From NCBI GenBank assembly GCA_964252035.1, contig OZ176207.1: DNA of 64,000 nt, one strand, 5' to 3'. The DNA is from Podarcis erhardii. Lineage: Eukaryota. A program made the translations under genes and the position numbers. Below the pieces are notes generated by a model. That model saw nothing but the letters and a program-made list of their open reading frames with translations. It was not told where the DNA came from and did not search any database. The stretch's first letter is position 1; each line of letters begins with the position of its first letter. Shown piece by piece: positions 1-12,399 of this stretch.

Positions 1-1227
1 ATGCATCACATTGTACAAGCTTCATCTGTCGTATTAGGCTTGCTTTCATTAAATCTGAACTTTTCCAGAGCTTATTTCATTAGTTTCCTGGCATCGAAGC
101 CCAAGCAGACATTCTGAAATGACAAATAAAATAATTCAGGTATTTAATGGCTTGTCACTTGTGAAAAAAGAGAGGAAATGCAGGCAGCAATGGATTTGCA
201 TGGTGGCCATTCAAAAAGAAGTCCTTCTTATTACCATAGCTTCCCACACTACGTGGAAACTAATTAAAGAACCATGGGGTTGTGGCTGAAGTGATAATAT
301 AACATGGCAGGATCCAGGCCTCTGTTTGTAAAATTCATTAAAAGCATTGTAGAGATGGACAGACGTAAATTAGTCCTGTCCTTCTCGGTTCGGTGTAACC
401 ATTTATCTGAATGGCAGTGGTGCAATTTGCATAGGGAATGTACATCCTCACCAATAAAGATAAAAATTGCAGTGTGGAACTCTTTACTTTCTTGGCTGTG
501 AAGGAAAGAACGCTTGTTCCCCACTTATAATGCATGGTAAAATGGTCCGAAATCTTTCTATTTTATTGCAATTATTCTCCCAAAATGGCACGAGGAATTT
601 CATAGTTTGCTTTTGCTCTTCTGGGGATGGGAGAGGAATTAGATGTGCAGCAAGAGAATGCCAAACTCCACTGAAAATGCATTATGCTTTTAGATGTCTG
701 CTGCCAATTTCAAATTATATCTTGTTTAGATTATAGTGAGTAAATTTGCTTGTGGAGGTAAATAATGGCTGTACTGCAGAAGAACAATTTAAGAAGGCTT
801 TAGGATCTTAGGTTTACTATCTCAAATATTATGACAAATCTGAGTGGTGATTTTGATATATAAAGGAACCCCATTGCCGCTCTTAAATACTTTTATCCTA
901 GAACAGCCATTATTTAAATTTGATCAGCCATGGATTGGGTGTGTGTGTGTACAGAGTGTATATTTGCGGCAGCAGCCAGAAATGTAAATCTATGCTTGTA
1001 GATGTAAGTGTATTTACCAGCTTTGTCTGTGTAATTAGAAAAGTGACCACTTAGGAAAATTAAATGGTTTTTTAAAAATTAATGTGTTCACCTTACACAG
1101 CAAAGTCCAAACTGGCAAATATAAAATAAGAATTGCAGCTGGGTGGAAGAGAGCCCTGCTCTTCTTAACCACTCCCCATATGAATGCATGTGGACATTGC
1201 AGGGGATGGAGGATGAATGCTTATCTA

Positions 1228-1542
1228 CAGGGCCGTCTTTAACATATGTGCTTCCGGGGTGCAAAGATCCACCCAGCACCCCCAAATTAACTTTTATTGA
1301 GCTTTTTTGGGAGGGGGAAGCCAAGTCGTTGACGAAAACTGCTTTTGTTTCCTGACTCTTTGGGAATATTTGACACTACAACGTAACAGAGCAATGGAGG
1401 ATGAGGGTGGGGGTGGGTGCTTTCGCTCTATTGCTTTTCACTGCTGACGATTGAGAGGGACCAGTATACAGTAGGTATACATTTTGCACCCCCCGGAATT
1501 CGGCGCCATGGTGCCCTGCACCCCTGGGTAAAGACGGCCCTG
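1228..1542. mobile_element. hAT-type MITE
   Basis: 14-bp TIRs CAGGGCCGTCTTTA / TAAAGACGGCCCTG; 8-bp TSD CTTATCTA / CTTACCTA (1 mismatch). Confidence 0.85.
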
Positions 1543-3749
1543 CTTACCTACACTTCCTCTTGTTGTGCTGCTTTCCCCAAGAGAGAATCGCTGTTTAGTG
1601 TTCAGTTGGAGCAGATGGCAATTCAGGTGTTCTCCAGATTGACATTTGCTCTGATTTAGAGCTAAAGGAGAGGGTTTTCCCTCAGAAAGGAACGGGACAA
1701 TGGGAAAACTCTTCAGATCCATGCTTTCTCGGCATGGGACAAGTGTGGATGAGCCCTAACTTGCATGGCCAGAGACCAATCATTGGATGGGCATACAGGG
1801 AAGAATGCACAAATCTTCCATTCTTTGCAGCTGTCCTTTGTGTGGCTTGCCTGCATGCCCATATACTGACATTGGTAGGTTAGCAGGGAAATTGTGGGGT
1901 TGGTGGAGTCTGCACATGGGCACTGCATCCCCACTCAGCTGATTCATGCTTTGATCTTTTCATTCCTTCTGTCCTCAGTAGCAATTCAGTGTTCCCTTCA
2001 ACTGGCATGTGTACCAACCCAAAGTATATTAAAGCTGAGTTGATTGAGTTTTTATGTGATGCTAGAAGACCAAGGCTGAGAAAAACCAGACGCAGAATTC
2101 TAGAATTTGAGCATTTGGTGGATAGAGTACAATTCCCAGCTCAAAGCAGGACAAAAATATAAATGGAAAGACAACGTTTGCTTTCCTGATTTTGAAGCGC
2201 TAAAAATTCAACAAAAATACAAGTTAACATTGCTTATTCATCAATGAAAACTGCTTTCCACAATGTGGTACCAACAGTCTGTTTAGTTTTAGGATGCCTT
2301 AGATAACAGCGTGTGTTTCATTGGCACAAGTCAAACCAACTCTTACTGCATGGGACCAGCCCAGTGATTGAGACTGGACAAAGATGCAACCTTTTAATTT
2401 TTGTTTGTGGGCAGTGATGCACCCACTTTACCTTTATTTGTGGGTTTGTTTATTTATTATTTTCACAGTTGTTGATTGAAAGAGGGCTACCATGAGGTTG
2501 GGCGAGTGTTAACATATTGAGGTCCAATCCACAAACAAAGGATTCATTTAAATGAATGGGAGCTGAGCAAGAGACCTTCATATGTCCTTTGTGAAGATCA
2601 CAAATATATTTGCTGCAAGATGCTACAATATTTGCATTTCTAACCAGTGATCCTAAGTTTCAGGGCCCCTGATGAAAAAATAACCATACCCTGGCCTGAG
2701 TAACCACCTACCACACAACATGAAGTCTTCATCATGTGGAGAGTTTCATATGAATGAAGGTGGTCCTTTGGTCTAAAGGTTGAAGTTCCAGAACAGTGGA
2801 GCACAGAGTATAAACAATTGTCTCTTCATTGATAACTAAAAGACTTCAACATATGCAATATGCCAATAAATTTGTTCATGCATTCTAATGGATTCTGGAA
2901 TTCCGAGCCAAGGTTGCCAACCATAGAGGGGAAATCTGGTAGCAGAATGACTTTGTGACTTTAATGGATAAAATATGAGGTTTCGGAGATGTGGAAATAT
3001 TTAATTCTTAAAATATTTACATTAAATAATAAATGAGCACCTTGATTTTCCTTTGTCAACCTGATTGCTTAAAAAGGCTACTTGTAAGTTCCATCTTGGT
3101 TAATCCAGCATATTTACATTTCCCTCCAAGCAGTTAAAGCATAGGTTTGCTCATATGAAGATCAAAGGAGAGAAGAAACTTTAAATATAAAACCCTGCGA
3201 ATATTTATTTAGTGGATTTCAGTTATAATGAAATTCAGAAGCTTAGAAGAGGTCCACACATTCTAGTAGTGGTGAGGGCTTCTCGTTTTAAGGGTTTATC
3301 CCTGCCCTTTGGAAAGGAAGAAAATGAGAAGTGTTTTTTTTAGAAATCAAACAGTTTCTTTTTAAAATGATGGGCTATACTTCCCAATCTTGCATATGTT
3401 TACTCAGAAGCAAACCTCACCAATCTGAATGGACATTACTTCTAATCATGCATGCTTTGAATTGCTATGAAATACCTGTGTAACTATTGAAAGAAAAATA
3501 GGGTAAATATATGACACTGCTCAACCTTAACTCTTGTGTACAGCTTTAAAGTTAAATTAAATTATGCCAGGAACAGATGTACAACAGAGGTGGAAGAGTT
3601 GTTGCTAGGCTACAACTTCCATCATTTCTAATCATTAACCATGCTGGCTAGAGAAGGGAGTAGGAGTCCAAGAATAACTGGAGGGCCACATTTTCCCTAC
3701 CACTGGTTTTGTTAAAAAGCCCTATTTAGATGTTATTCATGTGTAGTGC

Positions 3750-4101
3750 GGGACGCGGGTGGCGCTGTGGGTTAAACCACAGGGCCTAGGACTTGCTGAT
3801 CAGAAGGTCGGCGGTTCGATTCCCCACGACGGGGTGAGCTCCCATTACTCGGTCCCAGCTCCTGCCAACCTAGCAGTTCGGAAGCATGTCAAAGTGCAAG
3901 TAGATAAATAGGTACTGCTCCGGCAGGAAGGTAAATGGCGTTTCCGTGTGCTGCTCTGGTTCACCAGAACCGGCTTAGTCATGCTGGCTACATGACCCGG
4001 AAGCTGTACGCTGGCTCCATCGGCCAATAAAGCGAGATGAGCGCCACAACCCCAGAATCGGCCACAACTGGGCCTAATGGTCAGGGGTCCCTTTACCTTT
4101 A
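3750..4101 (+). mobile_element. Sauria SINE (Squam1 type), full length
   Basis: tRNA-like head GGGACGCGGGTGGCGCTGTGGGTTAAACC with box B GGTTCGATTCC, and an (ACCTTT)n tail. Near-identical to the copy at 30933-31287. Confidence 0.9.
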
Positions 4102-5522
4102 CATGTGTGTGGACTCTGGAGTAGGACTACACTTTCAGCCTGACTTAACATTGGTTTTATTTCTGTCTGTAAAGTATTCTCAGTGTGTGAGCGCATGTAT
4201 AGGGACTCTGCACAATTGAGTCACCTTGTAGTGCAAGTCTCCTGCTTTGCACAGAGCCCTGACACATGAGCAGCAGCTCTCATATTGAGTTTTCCTTACA
4301 GATTTCTCTGTGCAATACTCAGTTGTTCAAGGAAGCAGACGTGAGGTTGAGGGTGGTGATCCCAAGTAAACACACCATTGTCCTACATACAGGAATAGGG
4401 CTAATGTCAAACTATCAGTTTGGTGTTTAACAATTTAGTTCATTAAATATTAAGAGGCCATGGTAAATAGGAACGCTTCTGGCTTCCTTCCCCAAAGGAA
4501 TATTGTGTTGGGCTGCATGGCAACATCCTATTAACTTTTCCAATCTGATACTTAAACAAATGCATATGTTGTCGCTTGTTTGCTGTACAGCAGGGGTGGG
4601 GGATGTGTGCCCCCCCAGGTATTGCTAGACTACATTTCCCATTATCCCTGATCACTGACTATTTTGGCAGGGAGCAGCACGCCAGCAACATCTGGAAAGC
4701 CCAATGTTTCTCACCATTGAACTGGAGCTATTTGCATGCATTCCTGCAGCCTCTCTCCTATAGGTAGCCTCCATATTGCACTGTTGGTTTTGTACTGGAA
4801 TTCAAAGTACTCCAAGCACTTCATTCCTTCAGCCCAGTTTAAAAGATCTTTATGATTAAAGTATATGATCAAACCATAGCAACCGGTGCATTTGGTGTTA
4901 AGCCCGGCCTACTCTGTCATAGATGGGTTTAGGTGCATAGAAATGTCCCAAAAAATAAATAAAATACCACCACTTTTCACATCTGATTTTCAGAGGAGCC
5001 TAAAGATATTTGAAAAGACTACAGCCCCAAAACAATTGTCTAGAAGGCAATTAACTTGAAAAGTTTTTATTCTTTTTCATTCCTGTACAGAGATGAGAAA
5101 TAAAAGGAAAAGAGAAAATGAAGATAAAGTACGCAACACTTGCTTACGAGAGTAGGTGCCTGATCTATAATTTGCAATGAAATATCATGAACTCTGTCAT
5201 GCTACATAAGCGTTTAATTAGGGTAATTTAACACATTGTAACTTACCAATGGATTCACATTCAGTATGTTTCAAACAGCTGAGTTTTGGAATAATGTAGT
5301 GATTTCCTCACCACTGAAACTTCAATGGGCCTCTGCAGCTGTGGAATCTCATGAATTTGACTTGCTCACAAGCAGACAAATGATTTTCGAAGAACTTGAG
5401 AGCCACAGAAATAACAACTGCAAAGCTCTCCAGCTCTCCACCCCACCCACCCCAGCAGCAAAATGGATTAACCAGTAGGGCTCCTGTTATAAGTACTCAA
5501 TACTGATTTGTAGCTAAAATCG

Positions 5523-5730
5523 AGAGAGCGGGTGTGGTTTAGTGGTGAAAAATTGGATCAATACTAGGGAGACTCAGGTTCCATCCAATCCTCACTCAGA
5601 TATTAAGTTCACTGGGTGATTTTAGACTAGTCACTATCATTCAGTCTAGCCTACTTCACAGGGTTGTTGTGAAGACAAAATGAGGGCTGCAGAACCATTT
5701 CTTTAGCACTTTGGAGGAAGGTTGGGATAT
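5523..5730 (+). mobile_element. CORE-SINE (MIR-like), old
   Basis: tRNA-like head GTGTGGTTTAGTGG and CORE motif CTACTTCACAGGGTTGTTGTGAAGACAAAATG. Confidence 0.65.
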
Positions 5731-6124
5731 AAAGTTAGACTGGTACCAACATTCGTTATTTTCAGGTATCAGGTGAAAGTAACTCTTTTCTACTGGGCCT
5801 CTGGCTAAGTCAGAGACTGTGCTGCATCTCCAAAAAACAAAAAAACATGAAAGCAGAGATCCTTGCTTGTCTGATTAAAGCAAGAGGTTTTCTGGTTTGC
5901 CCATTGCTGTTGCTGGGTGGGGATGGTGGGGCAGGATAGGTAGGGGGCTGAATAACTTTGCAGTTGTTCTTTCTGTGGTTCTCAAGTTCCTGAAAAAGAG
6001 AACAGCATAGCTTAAGCAGCAAACACATGCTTCAGGAGTTCAAGAGCAGGACAATAATGGATGGAAGGAACAAAGGTCTCCCAACAAGTTTCCATGCCCT
6101 GCCCACCAAGCTTTTAAAGATGAG

Positions 6125-6462
6125 TGTGATGGCCTGGGATTCGGACTCCTAAGTTCCTGCAGAAGGAGTGCTCGCCTCCAGGCCAGGAGAGGCGAGTCAA
6201 CAGAGGATCAGGGACACCCTATGCCTCGGGGCAGATAAAGCCAGCCAGCCCCAGTCCCAAGTTGAGGGAGCAACATTGTTGGTGGCTAGTTCCTGCCTGA
6301 GCTCCTGACCCACCCTGGCTCCCTGCTTGCAAGCCTGTTCCTGACTTCACCGACTCCCTGCCTTGCACCCAGCTTCAGCTACTACGGACTGCCTCCACGT
6401 TGCACCTTTGACCATGGACCAGACTTGGACCTCACCTCTCGGGTAACCCACAGGACCAACGC
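6125..6462 (+). mobile_element. Possible degenerate LTR relic
   Basis: TG start and a GC-rich LTR-like body; no TSD found. Confidence 0.25.
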
Positions 6463-6883
6463 AACTTGTGAGACTTGCTCACCTTATGGAAATGTCAGGT
6501 TTTCAAATGTGTGCTCTTATGGGGTGGGCAGGCTTGCTCCCATCTGTGTAAGTGGCACCTGGTTCAAGATGACAAAACTGCACCGTCCTGTTCAGGCTCC
6601 TGTTCTGTCATTGCTGCCTCTGGTTCTGCCTGCCTAACCTTGGCTGCTCCAAATCCTCCCAAGCTTTTCCAGAGGCTCTCCATTCTGTAGGAAAGTCAGG
6701 GTCTGGGGGGAACATAAGAATGTAAGAAGAGCCTGCTGGATCAGTGCAATGGACCATCTAATCCAGGAAGAGATGGAAGTCAGGATGGAGAGCCTTGCTT
6801 TTCCAATTCAGTTTCCTACTATTCAGCCCTGCCATGTCTTCCTCCTGTGTAAGAGCCAGACAACCCAAGCCCAGCTGTAAGTG

Positions 6884-7115
6884 TTCCAGTTACAGATGGG
6901 TAGCCGTGTTGGTCTGCCATAGTCAAAACAAAATAAAAAAATTCCTTCCAGTAGCACCTTAAAGACCAACTAAGTTAGTTCTAGGTATGAGCTTTCGTGT
7001 GCATGCACACTTCTTCAGTGTATCTGAAGAAGTGTGCATGCACACGAAAGCTCATACCTAGAACTAACTTAGTTGGTCTTTAAGGTGCTACTGGAAGGAA
7101 TTTTTTTATTTTGTT
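6884..7115. mobile_element. Penelope-like element terminal repeat (pLTR) in inverted arrangement
   Basis: Perfect 92-bp inverted repeat (6927-7018 and 7024-7115) with a 5-nt spacer. Motifs GTAGCCGTGTTGGTCTG, GCACCTTAAAGACCAAC and CTGAAGAAG...CACGAAAGCTCAT are typical of reptile Penelope ends. Confidence 0.8.
7020..7057 (+). ncRNA. Minimal type I hammerhead ribozyme motif within the Penelope pLTR
   Basis: GUAU-CUGAAGA-A-GUGUGC(AU)GCACAC-GAAA-GCU-C-AUAC: stem I GUAU/AUAC, intact core boxes, 6-bp stem II, palindromic AGCU stem III. Predicted cleavage after C7053. Confidence 0.75.
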
Positions 7116-7862
7116 GTAACGGTGTTGTGAGGCTCATGTCAGGGGAAGCCAACATGATGCCTTCCAGAAGTTGTTGGACTACTGCTCCCATCAGCCTCAG
7201 CCAACCTGGTCACTTGTCAAGGATTATGGGAGCTGGAGTCCAGCAGCATTTGGATGGCACCACATTGGCTACCCCATAGTAAACAAACAGTCCTGGCAAA
7301 AATGGTGGAATGGATGGAGGATAATATATTAAAACTGTGTATTTTGAAAACTGTGTATATTTTATTGGTTTGTTTTAATTTTATATGTAATGACCTGCCC
7401 TGAGATCATTTTACGATAAAGGGCAGAATATGCATTTTAATAGCTGACTCAATACATGTAATCAATATTTGATTACATTTGACATTGTGGGTTAACTGCC
7501 CTCTTGATTATTGTTATCGAACTATAGCATTTTTAAATGCCATTCTATTGTTCTCCTCCCTGAGATAAATTTGTTAAAAAATGATTTCAACACATAAAAT
7601 ACCAGAGCGGCATGCATTTCAAGATTTGAAGTACAAAATAAAATGCAGAAAAATGCAGGAATACACTCCACAGGGAAACCCTGCGTGAATAGGATGCTGA
7701 AACACAGCATCATAGGTACTTGTCAGATGTTCAGTGAGTGGGAATTCCACAAAATAGGGGCAGCGGTTCCAAAAAAAGTTGAACTGGGAAGTCATGGAGC
7801 AGATCTCAGGGACATGTGGCAAGCTTACAAGGATGAGAGAAGGAAAAGATCAAGCCTGTCCC

Positions 7863-8889
7863 GACTTCCGGGTTGGCGCCATCGCCGAATGGCGGACTCC
7901 CTCCGAGCTCCGGAGGGAGCCTGCTCGGTAGGGGCTGGGTCCTGCCGCGCCGGCGACGCGGGGACCCTTAAAAACCATGGGCGCTAAAACCCATGGACAT
8001 GGTGACTCGGCTGGCACCTTTTGAGCCCCCCCCGACCCGCGAAGGAGCCTTTTTAAATTTGACAGAACTTTTTATCTCCTGGGAAACTGCAGAAATGGAA
8101 CATTATTTTGACTACAGAGGTTTACACACTAAAGTAGACAATAGACTTATCTATTGAAAATGGAAGGGACTTGGCATCATGTTTCGTTCCTGAATAACAG
8201 AGCCTCTGCAGCGGAATTTAGAAGCTTTTGGAATTAGAACATTTGTGCAGGAAAACAGGAAAAGAAAGAGGAGAGAGACCAACAAGAACAACAAGAATAA
8301 TAAGAATTGGACAAAGTTGGAAGTGGGAACATTTGGGAAATCCAGATTTGAAAGGTTTAAGAAATAAAATTGGAGTTTTACTCCCAAGTATATAAAAATC
8401 TGGATGGAAAAAATGGGCCTTTTTGAGATAGACTCCTTCCAAGATTGGACATTTAAAATTAAAGAAGACTGGTAAAGGACTATGGCTTAAATAAATGTGG
8501 GAACTCCAGGAAGACATCAGATGTTGATCAATACGGGAAACGCAACCAGGAAAAGGGGGAGGGATTTGGAATCCAAAGGCTGTAAAATCAAAATCATATT
8601 TTAATTTATTATATTTTAATCCATTATGTATATTAAAGGGGGGAACGCGCGGAAGGGAATAGGTTGATCTTAGGAGATGGGAAAATATTTTTAAATTGGG
8701 CTAATGATAATAAGGTTAAAATTTGGGATAATAAATTGCTGAATTTATTTGTAAGAATTGGAATACAAGAGGGGGAGGGGAGGGGAAGTCCTGGAAAGAT
8801 GTTATGGAAAATAAGATCTTAAATCTGGATGTTTTGTTTTATTATATTGTTATAATTGGAAATTCTTAATAAATATTATTAAAAAAAAA
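7863..8889 (+). mobile_element. About 1.03-kb non-coding, poly(A)-tailed L1-like retroelement
   Basis: 19-bp TSD AAAAGAT(C/A)AAGCCTGTCCC at 7844-7862 and 8890-8908; CpG-rich 5' end GACTTCCGGG; L1-like 3' UTR, AATAAA and A-tail; no long ORF. Confidence 0.8.
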
Positions 8890-11800
8890 AAAAGATAAAG
8901 CCTGTCCCCTTGCACTATTATCCTAATGACCCCCCCATCACCCATTTTCTTTTTGTCCTTTTAGGGAAAACTTGCAACCAGCTATGGGTGAGAGTGCTGT
9001 TGTTACACTCCCACCCACCCAACCAGCACACACAACTGCTTTCCATTAGTTGATTGATGAATTCACTCTCCCCTTTTGAAATGGAACTGTTTAGTTGGTG
9101 TGGAGTGTGGCTTGGATATTAAAAACTTCATTCTAAAGCATAATCTTAGGCTAATAAAGTTTAATTATCCACTGTATCTCTAAGATGTCTATCTAGGGAA
9201 TCTGACTCATATGGGTAATGTCATTGTTACAATTTTCAACTGTGGAATCCTAGCACTGCTATCATCAGGTGGGTAATTAAGAGAACGTTTAACCTACTTG
9301 AATATATACTTGTTTTTAAGGAGTCTGTAAAGTAAAGAAGCATCTATTGTGCACAGAAATGCAGACCTCCATCAGACATACTTGTAAATATAGGTGGGGG
9401 TGGAGAAACCATTGAACTCAAGTTGGTCCTATCCTGATTAACCACTGGCAAGATTGAATTATGGAATTCTGTTGTTAGTAAACAAAATGATTTTCTGTGA
9501 GGGTGGGTAGTTGGGAATCTTTAAACTTTTTCAAGAGGCATCTCAAGCTAATTGTAGGTTAGGGTAGGGCTATAATACCCTTATAGATTCTTCTCTCTTT
9601 TTTTTTAGACTCAAGATTCAAATTCAGAGCTTGTTACTAATTCCAATTATTGAGTAATAATAAGCAAGAGGGTCCCTGAGCATCTGCAGAGTGCATTTCC
9701 TTCCTGCTGAGCAAATTTGCTGCACTTTTGGGATTATAATTTCTAAGTGAGAGAGTCCAGGACTTTAGGTAGGGTGGTGGTCTTGGTGTCTCTTGTTCTA
9801 GGACATTATAAAACCCACTATCCTTCATTCATTCCCTGCTCCCCAATGCCAGCCTATAGGCTCCATGTGCATCCTCCAGCATCTTCACTATTTCATTATC
9901 CTTCAGATCCATTTTCAAGTTGTTTCCTACAATTTACTTTTGAGACTAGCAGAACATAACCAGGCTAAGGACTTCACTGAGTCCTGACTTACCTCAGGAA
10001 GAACTGAACTGGGAATTATTTCTAGACTTGCTTGGGGCTGAAAGTATCTTGTTAAGTGGAGGCAAAGCAGGTTGCCATGCTTAAAGGGACTTCCTGAAAT
10101 TGCTGCTTGGGGACACAATGGACTGTCTCTTTATCTGGCTCTGAAAATGATAGCTCAAAAGTACACTTTGTTATTCTGCCCTTCCAGTAGCATTGACGAC
10201 TAAGCAGCATCTCCTCTAGACTCTAGGTATTTTGCAGAAAAGAATTGACCACGCACTGGAAATCAAGGCTTTCACAATTAAAGTGGATTAAAGTGTTTTA
10301 TCACTCTGGTGCAGCAAATTCACTCTAAAAATGCATTGAAAAGTGTGGGGTAATCAATTGATTAATGGCAAGGCATATAACACAAGAAAGCAGAATGTAT
10401 GCTGATTGTTGTATACCCTCCCTGTAAACAAATTTGAGGTATGTTCAAGGAACAACAGATATCCTCTAACCTCCACGAAAGCACTGTGCAAGCAAATCAG
10501 AGTGAATGTTCAATAAACAGGTTGTCTGGTGGAGCCCAGGTGAAGTATTTATCCACATACATAGATGTAAATGTCACCACCTGTTAATGTCTCCATATCA
10601 AGTAGTTGTGAACTGCTTAGTTACAGAGGCCAAATTGGCAACCCTGGGTTAAATGCAATGAAGTCATCTCATATGCGCAAGGACTTCTTCTTGTGCAACA
10701 GAGCTCCCCCCCTCTCCCCATTTGCTCTCATGGGTTAGGGGGTGTGTGGAAAAATTCTCCAAAAATAGAAACCTAGCATATCAAAAAGAAAGCCTTACAC
10801 TTTGCATGCTGTGCTGGTTTCCTGTTTGCATGGAGCATTAAAAAATGTGTTGCCTCACTTCCAGTCCCATGTTATCACCTTATTCTGTTGTACTGTATCA
10901 GATTGAGGATTCAGGATTCATGCCGTCTTTCTGATGTCTTTCACTTGGATTGATTGCAAGGATTCTGAGATGCTGAAACATTTTGTTGCACTACTCAGTA
11001 CAAGACAAAGGCCACAGAAGACTCATCAAGCTCCTTAATTTGCTAGGTTTATATTTCTAGAGCAGTTTTCTGTGCCTCGAAATCCCACTGTGTGTGTGAA
11101 GCATTCAACACTGTTTGATGGATGTTTCTGCTGTGGAAGTCTCTCCGGCTTTTTATTGAAATCTGCTGATGCGTTGCTTTTGCCTCTCCTTTTTGCAGGT
11201 GGAGCAGCAGGGTATTGCCCAAGTCTCTTTTGAGACAGTGTGATTATCCTGGGCCCATAAATTGGTAGCACTCTTGCTACAGTTTCATAAGAAATCAATG
11301 GATATCATTTGCAGGAGAGATCTAATCCATGCTGGGTTGTTGATAGCAATGTTGAGCCTTCCAATCTCCTTAACATACATAATTGTCAGGGAGGAGGGGA
11401 AATAAAAGGTGACAGAAAAGAGCTTCTTGTTTTGAACGGTGACATGTGTTATTGCATAATTGGTAGACAGCATAGCTATAAATGGCTCTTTTTTGCTATT
11501 TGCCTCAGTAACTGTCAGTGCTCAATTATCCCTGTCTATACTATATTGGCTGGCTTCATAGCAATCAACAATTTCTGCTGTGGTCTGCTGTAGAAACGTA
11601 GCCTTGTTAAGCATTGCTTGAGATATTCCAAGTCCATCAAAACCTGAAAGCATTACTTTTGCAAAAGAAGATCATGTTTGTATGTGAAGCAAGCTGTTCT
11701 ACAAAAATAGGAACCACATCTCAGAAGAGCGGGTTGCAAACACTCACTGAAACGTCAGACGCCAGCCTTGTGGAGGCCTCCCACTTGCCTTTTAGATGCA

Positions 11801-12239
11801 CATATTCATACAAGCAGTTTGTAGTCCCATCAATAATAGTCAGGCGATGTACGTGCAAACATTGTGTGTCATTAGTTGTTTCTGTGAGTCTCTGGACTTA
11901 TATGATGGTACCAAACAATTAGCTCTAGTTTTAACACTGCAATGTATTTTGCAAACAGATGGAAACAGGTGTTCCTTGCCACACATTTCACAGTTGCAAC
12001 CACGCTAACATAGCTAATAGGACTACATTTTTTACAACCCTCTTATTTTCCAGGGGCACTGAGTGTGAATTGCACGCAGTTTCCTGAATGGAAGTTTGTT
12101 TTCAATAGAAGCACATCAGAGATGGCCATATGCACATTGATGTGGCTGGAGAGGGGATAGGCACAAGATATTTGTCTGGGTTTGACATGTATTTATGGGA
12201 AATGTGTCTTTTGATAATGTATTTTATATATATTTGCTA

Positions 12240-12395
12240 AGACTGGGATGGACTAAAGGAAGTACTTCTTCACATAGTTCAACTTCTGTGGTAAACTATG
12301 CAATTTGCTGTCACGAGGTGTAGAGATCATCACTCACTTGGACTGCTTTGAAAGGGGATTAGACAAATCCATGGAGGGTAAGGTTACCAAGGCTG
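12240..12395 (+). mobile_element. CR1 LINE 3' fragment, degenerate
   Basis: AGGAAGTACTTCTTCAC...TTTGAAAGGGGATTAGACAAATCCATGGAGG resembles the CR1 ORF2 C-terminus. Confidence 0.55.
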
Positions 12396-12399
12396 TGAT

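Noticed and set aside
3750-3840. tRNA gene-like A/B boxes (also at 5523, 23700-23775, 31200-31287 and 35440-35516)
   Set aside because: SINE heads; no full cloverleaf and they continue into SINE bodies.
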